Assembly (NCBI GenBank): GCA_963977015.1
Contig: CAXBMO010000013.1
Location: 96,001-160,000, forward strand
DNA: 64,000 bases
Direction: 5' to 3'
DNA from: an uncultured bacterium
Lineage (GTDB): Bacteria; Verrucomicrobiota; Verrucomicrobiia; Verrucomicrobiales; DEV007
The translations under genes were made by a program, and so were the position numbers. The notes under the pieces were generated by a model. The model ran no database searches. It saw only the letters and a program-made list of their open reading frames with translations, and was not told where the DNA came from. Of the stretch, positions 60,312 to 64,000 are shown piece by piece (the first letter of the stretch is position 1; the number at the start of each line of letters is the position of its first letter).

Positions 60312-60887
60312 ATGCCCCGCCATTTCGTTCCATCAATTCCCGATTCCGATGCCCCATGGGCGGGATATGTGGCGGAGATCGCACGGGCTCAGCCGGGGCT
60401 GCGGGCCTTTTTGCGAACACTGCTGCCTTGTGCCGGAGACGCGGATGACGTTTTGCAGGAAACCAACCTGGTGCTGTGGCAGAAACGCGAGGAATACGAT
60501 TCCAGCCGCGAATTTGGTCCTTGGGCCCGTCGCATTGCCTATTTTCAGACGCTGGCGCATTTGAAGCGGCGTACCCGGTCCCGGGAGTCACAATTCAGCG
60601 ATGAGATGCTGGAACAGTTGGCGGTTGAGACCGAGCGGCGTTCGGATGCGCTGGAGGATCGCCTCCAGGCGTTGCGGTCCTGTCTGGAGAAGCTGCCTGA
60701 AAAAGACCGTGATTTGGTGAAGGCGCGCTACGCTACGGGGGCTTCCGTCAAAGCCATGGCCGGTGACATCGGCCGATCGGCGGATGCGGTGTCGATGCAC
60801 CTGTATCGGTTGCGGCAAAAGTTGGCCGGCTGCATCGCGCAGTCGCTGAAGCTCGGTGATTTCCAGGCGAAAGGAGGGGAGGGATGA
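60312..60887 (+). CDS. ECF sigma-70 factor
   Basis: ADDVLQETNLVLW, F.PWARRIA, CLEKLP and LYRLRQKL motifs. Confidence 0.93.
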   Translation: MPRHFVPSIPDSDAPWAGYVAEIARAQPGLRAFLRTLLPCAGDADDVLQETNLVLWQKREEYDSSREFGPWARRIAYFQTLAHLKRRTRSRESQFSDEMLEQLAVETERRSDALEDRLQALRSCLEKLPEKDRDLVKARYATGASVKAMAGDIGRSADAVSMHLYRLRQKLAGCIAQSLKLGDFQAKGGEG

Positions 60888-62476
60888 GCACGCCTCGCTT
60901 CTCAGAACTTCTACAACAGGTGTTGAACGGCGATCGCGACGATATCTCAGCAATTGAGAGCGCGATCAACGAGGATGAGACTCTCCTGGCCGAGTATCTG
61001 GATCAAGTCGAGCTGGACGCCTTGCTGAGCTGGGAATTGGGGGACGAGGTCGTGGAAATGGATGAAACGGTTGCTGCTGAAAAGGTCATCTGGTGGCGAT
61101 TCGCGTCTGGACCGCTCGCCAAGGTCGCCGCGGTGATTCTATTGCTCGGTGTGGGCTTTTTCCTGGGGCGGCAGCGGTCAAACGACAACTCCGCCATCGT
61201 CTCATCTGCGCCTGTTGCCGTGTTGATCGATAGCGAGGACTGCGAGTGGGAATCGGGGGAGATGCCGCATTCATTTGGAGCCTCATTTGCTGCCGGCGAA
61301 ACCCTCCGCATCAACTCGGGAATTGCCCGATTCGCCCTTTGGAGTAAGGCGGGAGTTGCCATTGTCGGACCTGCGGAAATTGAGCTCGTTTCCAGCGAAG
61401 AAGTCTCGGTGCGCTACGGGAGCGTGAGCGCCTTTGCGCCGGATGAGGCCATTGGATTCAAGCTGACCACGCCGGATGTGGAGATCGTAGATCTGGGGAC
61501 TCGGTTTGCGGCCAGTGTGAGGCAGGATGGCACCACCGATGTGCACGTGTTTGAAGGAGAGGTTTCGGTGCAGAGCCGCAAGAACCATCCGTCGGGAGAA
61601 CTCGTGACCACGGGCCAGGCACGGAGATATCACTCGGGCGGCGATCAGCGCACGGAAATCGCGATTGCACCGGAGCAATTCGAGGAGCCGCCGGAGTTGG
61701 AGCAGTTGCTGGCGTTCACGGCTTCGAGGAATGGCGCTTCCGGTTTGGAAACCCGGGCCGAGATGGCGAGCGAACCGGGGGTGATTGCCGCCCATCGCTT
61801 CGTGGGCGCGGGTGGGGAATTGGACGGGCAATATGGGGGAACGGGGTTTGCCGCTCAACCCTGGTGGGCGAGTCCGGACTTCACCCGGGTCATTCCCTTG
61901 GTGAAATCCCATTCCGGAGGAGCCCGCGCGGGGGGGTATCTACTGGTGCGCGGGCGAGACAAGGCGGAGCCGTTTGTGGCCAACCGATTGAGCCGCAGGT
62001 TGGCCGGGGAATTGCCGAACACGTTCTTCTTCACCCTGCGGGCGAGTTATCACGGACTCGATGAGGACGATTTTTTCTCGCTCTGGATCGATTCGAACGG
62101 GAGAGAGGACGCGACGCATGCCAATGTGCCCACGCTCGGGATTCGCGAGGGTCGCTATTTCGCCCGTCTCGACGTTGAGCATGCTGCGGTTGCGGGGAAT
62201 CCACGGGACGGTGAGGAGTTTATCATCGTCGGCCGCTATGTTTGGAATGCTGAGGACCGGCACGAAGAAATCGCCCTTTGGATCAATCCGTCGGGTGCTG
62301 ACGCTGCTTCGCCTGATGCCGTGTTGCAAAGGCCGATGGCGAAGGCGCCTTCCGGGAAGTTTTCTTACCTCGGGTTACGAATTGGGAAACATACCGAAGT
62401 CAGCGACCGTTTATTGATTCACAGTTTTGCGGTCGGCACCAAGTTCCCATCGGCTCTTGCCGCAGTTGAGCCCTAA
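60884..62476 (+). CDS. FecR-domain anti-sigma factor with C-terminal beta-rich domain
   Basis: TM helix, then GFKLTTP..EIVDLGTRF and VHVFEGEV; ATGA overlap with the sigma gene. Confidence 0.88.
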   Translation: MSTPRFSELLQQVLNGDRDDISAIESAINEDETLLAEYLDQVELDALLSWELGDEVVEMDETVAAEKVIWWRFASGPLAKVAAVILLLGVGFFLGRQRSNDNSAIVSSAPVAVLIDSEDCEWESGEMPHSFGASFAAGETLRINSGIARFALWSKAGVAIVGPAEIELVSSEEVSVRYGSVSAFAPDEAIGFKLTTPDVEIVDLGTRFAASVRQDGTTDVHVFEGEVSVQSRKNHPSGELVTTGQARRYHSGGDQRTEIAIAPEQFEEPPELEQLLAFTASRNGASGLETRAEMASEPGVIAAHRFVGAGGELDGQYGGTGFAAQPWWASPDFTRVIPLVKSHSGGARAGGYLLVRGRDKAEPFVANRLSRRLAGELPNTFFFTLRASYHGLDEDDFFSLWIDSNGREDATHANVPTLGIREGRYFARLDVEHAAVAGNPRDGEEFIIVGRYVWNAEDRHEEIALWINPSGADAASPDAVLQRPMAKAPSGKFSYLGLRIGKHTEVSDRLLIHSFAVGTKFPSALAAVEP

Positions 62477-62493
62477 AAAATCCCGCCTTGTTG

Positions 62494-64000
62494 ATGAGTT
62501 TTCCAAACCCCCAAACCTTGATCCTGACTCTCGCAGCGATTGCCGTGGGAACGAGCGGTCTTTTCGCCAACGAACCCAGGATCGCCGACGATGGTTTTGC
62601 CTCGGGCAGCCTGGCGGAGGGTGTTGGCTTTAACGGTGAATGGAAAATCTCTGCCCAACAGACGGCGAGGATGGATGAGAGCCGACCAGGCGTTCTGATC
62701 CGGGGAAACGGGGATCGGGACAATGCTCTGCGCCGCGAACTGGCGTCTCCGATTCGCGACCGCGAGCTCTTTGTGCGTTTCAATCTCCGCTATGAACCGC
62801 CAAAGGATGACAGTGAGTTTTTCGTGCTTTGGCTCGATCGGCTCGAAGGCACGGACCGGTCAACCCATGCCGAGAACGTCCCCAACATCGGCGTGCATGT
62901 GGCAACTTCGGGCCCGAAGAAGGGCAAGGCAGTGTTCATGGTTCGCATTGGCCCGGCCAATACCGCGTTCAGTTCTGTCGAACTCGAGCGCGGCCGCGAT
63001 TATGTCGTGGTTGGGCGTCTTTCGAAGTCGGAAGCAAGCGCTCGGGCGGATTTCGACCAGTTTGCGTTGTGGGTGAACCCGAAACCGGACGGGCAGGACG
63101 AACCGGTCGCCACGATCCGGCATTCCCAGAGCGTTAATTTTGTGCGTTGGATCGGCTTTTCCACGGGCCGGAAAACGGAGCCGGAAGATCGCGTGTGGAT
63201 CGATGACCTCGTCCTCAGCCGTAGCTGGAAGGATCTCATGAAGGCCGTTAGTCCGCCGGCCCTGGCCAAGGCGCCCGAGCCCCTGCCGGGCGCACCGTGG
63301 GAAGGCAAGGTGGACTTTGCGCACGACGTTTACCCCTTGTTGAAATCACGCTGTTTCAAGTGCCATTCGGGAGCGAAACCGAAGTCCGGTTACCGGCTGG
63401 ATGTCCGCGACGAGATTCTGGGATACAGCACCGGAGATCCGTTGGCAGAGCCAGGCAAGGCGCGATCAAGCCGCCTGCTCGAAAAGGTCACCGAATCCAA
63501 TCCCGAAAACCGCATGCCTCCGGTCGAGGGAGGCGGTTCACCGCTGACCGAATCTGAGATTGGCTTGCTCGCGGCGTGGATTGAGCAGGGAATGGCGTGG
63601 GATGAGAAACTTCTCCCCACTCCAAGCATCGAGACGGATCATTGGGCCTTCCAACGCATCGTTCGCCCGGAGGAGCCCAACGTGAAGCGTTCCAACTGGA
63701 TCCGCACACCGGTTGACGCCTTCATTGCTGCCCGGCAGGAAGCAAAAGGCCTCACTCCTGCGGCTGAGGCGTCTGCCCAAACTTTGGTGCGACGGCTCTA
63801 TCTTGATCTCATTGGCCTGCCACCCACTCCTGAGCAACTGGAAGCATTTTTAAAGGCTTCCGCGGACGATCCCGAACGTGCCTACGGGGCCCTGGTCAAT
63901 GACTTGCTCGACTCGAAGCATTATGGCGAGCGTTGGGGACGCTATTGGCTCGACCTTGCGCGTTGGGCGGAAAGCCACGGTTACCAGCACGACATCCCGC
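62494..64000 (+). CDS. Planctomycete cytochrome c / DUF1549 domain protein (3' end outside window; absent from the ORF track)
   Basis: Frame from ATG 62494: signal peptide, VDFAHDVYPLLKSRCFKCH, HWAFQ, RRLYLDLIGLPP and YGERWGRYWLDLAR. Confidence 0.9.
   Translation, partial: MSFPNPQTLILTLAAIAVGTSGLFANEPRIADDGFASGSLAEGVGFNGEWKISAQQTARMDESRPGVLIRGNGDRDNALRRELASPIRDRELFVRFNLRYEPPKDDSEFFVLWLDRLEGTDRSTHAENVPNIGVHVATSGPKKGKAVFMVRIGPANTAFSSVELERGRDYVVVGRLSKSEASARADFDQFALWVNPKPDGQDEPVATIRHSQSVNFVRWIGFSTGRKTEPEDRVWIDDLVLSRSWKDLMKAVSPPALAKAPEPLPGAPWEGKVDFAHDVYPLLKSRCFKCHSGAKPKSGYRLDVRDEILGYSTGDPLAEPGKARSSRLLEKVTESNPENRMPPVEGGGSPLTESEIGLLAAWIEQGMAWDEKLLPTPSIETDHWAFQRIVRPEEPNVKRSNWIRTPVDAFIAARQEAKGLTPAAEASAQTLVRRLYLDLIGLPPTPEQLEAFLKASADDPERAYGALVNDLLDSKHYGERWGRYWLDLARWAESHGYQHDIP

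Overview
Bacterial chromosomal window, most likely Verrucomicrobia (PVC superphylum). This is inferred from the PVC-type CxxCH dehydrogenase, DUF1592/DUF1552 and DUF1549-type cytochrome genes, a sulfatase, an ECF sigma/FecR pair and a TGTTC-N4-GAACA LexA-type box. Housekeeping genes: lexA (partial), purH, perR/fur-sufCBD, aas-like, actP-like symporter, rpoA-rplQ, gmk, dhaKL, fabF and an L,D-transpeptidase. A GC-richer accessory part lies at about 40.5-64 kb. I saw no rRNA, tRNA, CRISPR array, integrase or transposase. Main observations: (1) a low-GC four-helix-bundle gene wedged inside the DUF1592-DUF1552 operon and bracketed by inverted heptamer arrays (TTAGC vs GCTAA) that could loop the gene out of the mRNA; (2) a divergent Amt with altered gate residues and an exported coiled coil, preceded by roadblock-like genes instead of glnK; (3) a perfect LexA-type box between a Rok/H-NS-like gene and an rpoA-rplQ pair detached from the alpha operon; (4) a 90-bp REPIN-like element inserted in frame into a signal peptide; (5) an anti-sigma factor and its downstream cytochrome sharing one paralogous beta-rich domain; (6) a POT transporter with a pseudopilin-motif insert. 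All calls come from reading motifs by eye; no database searches were run.
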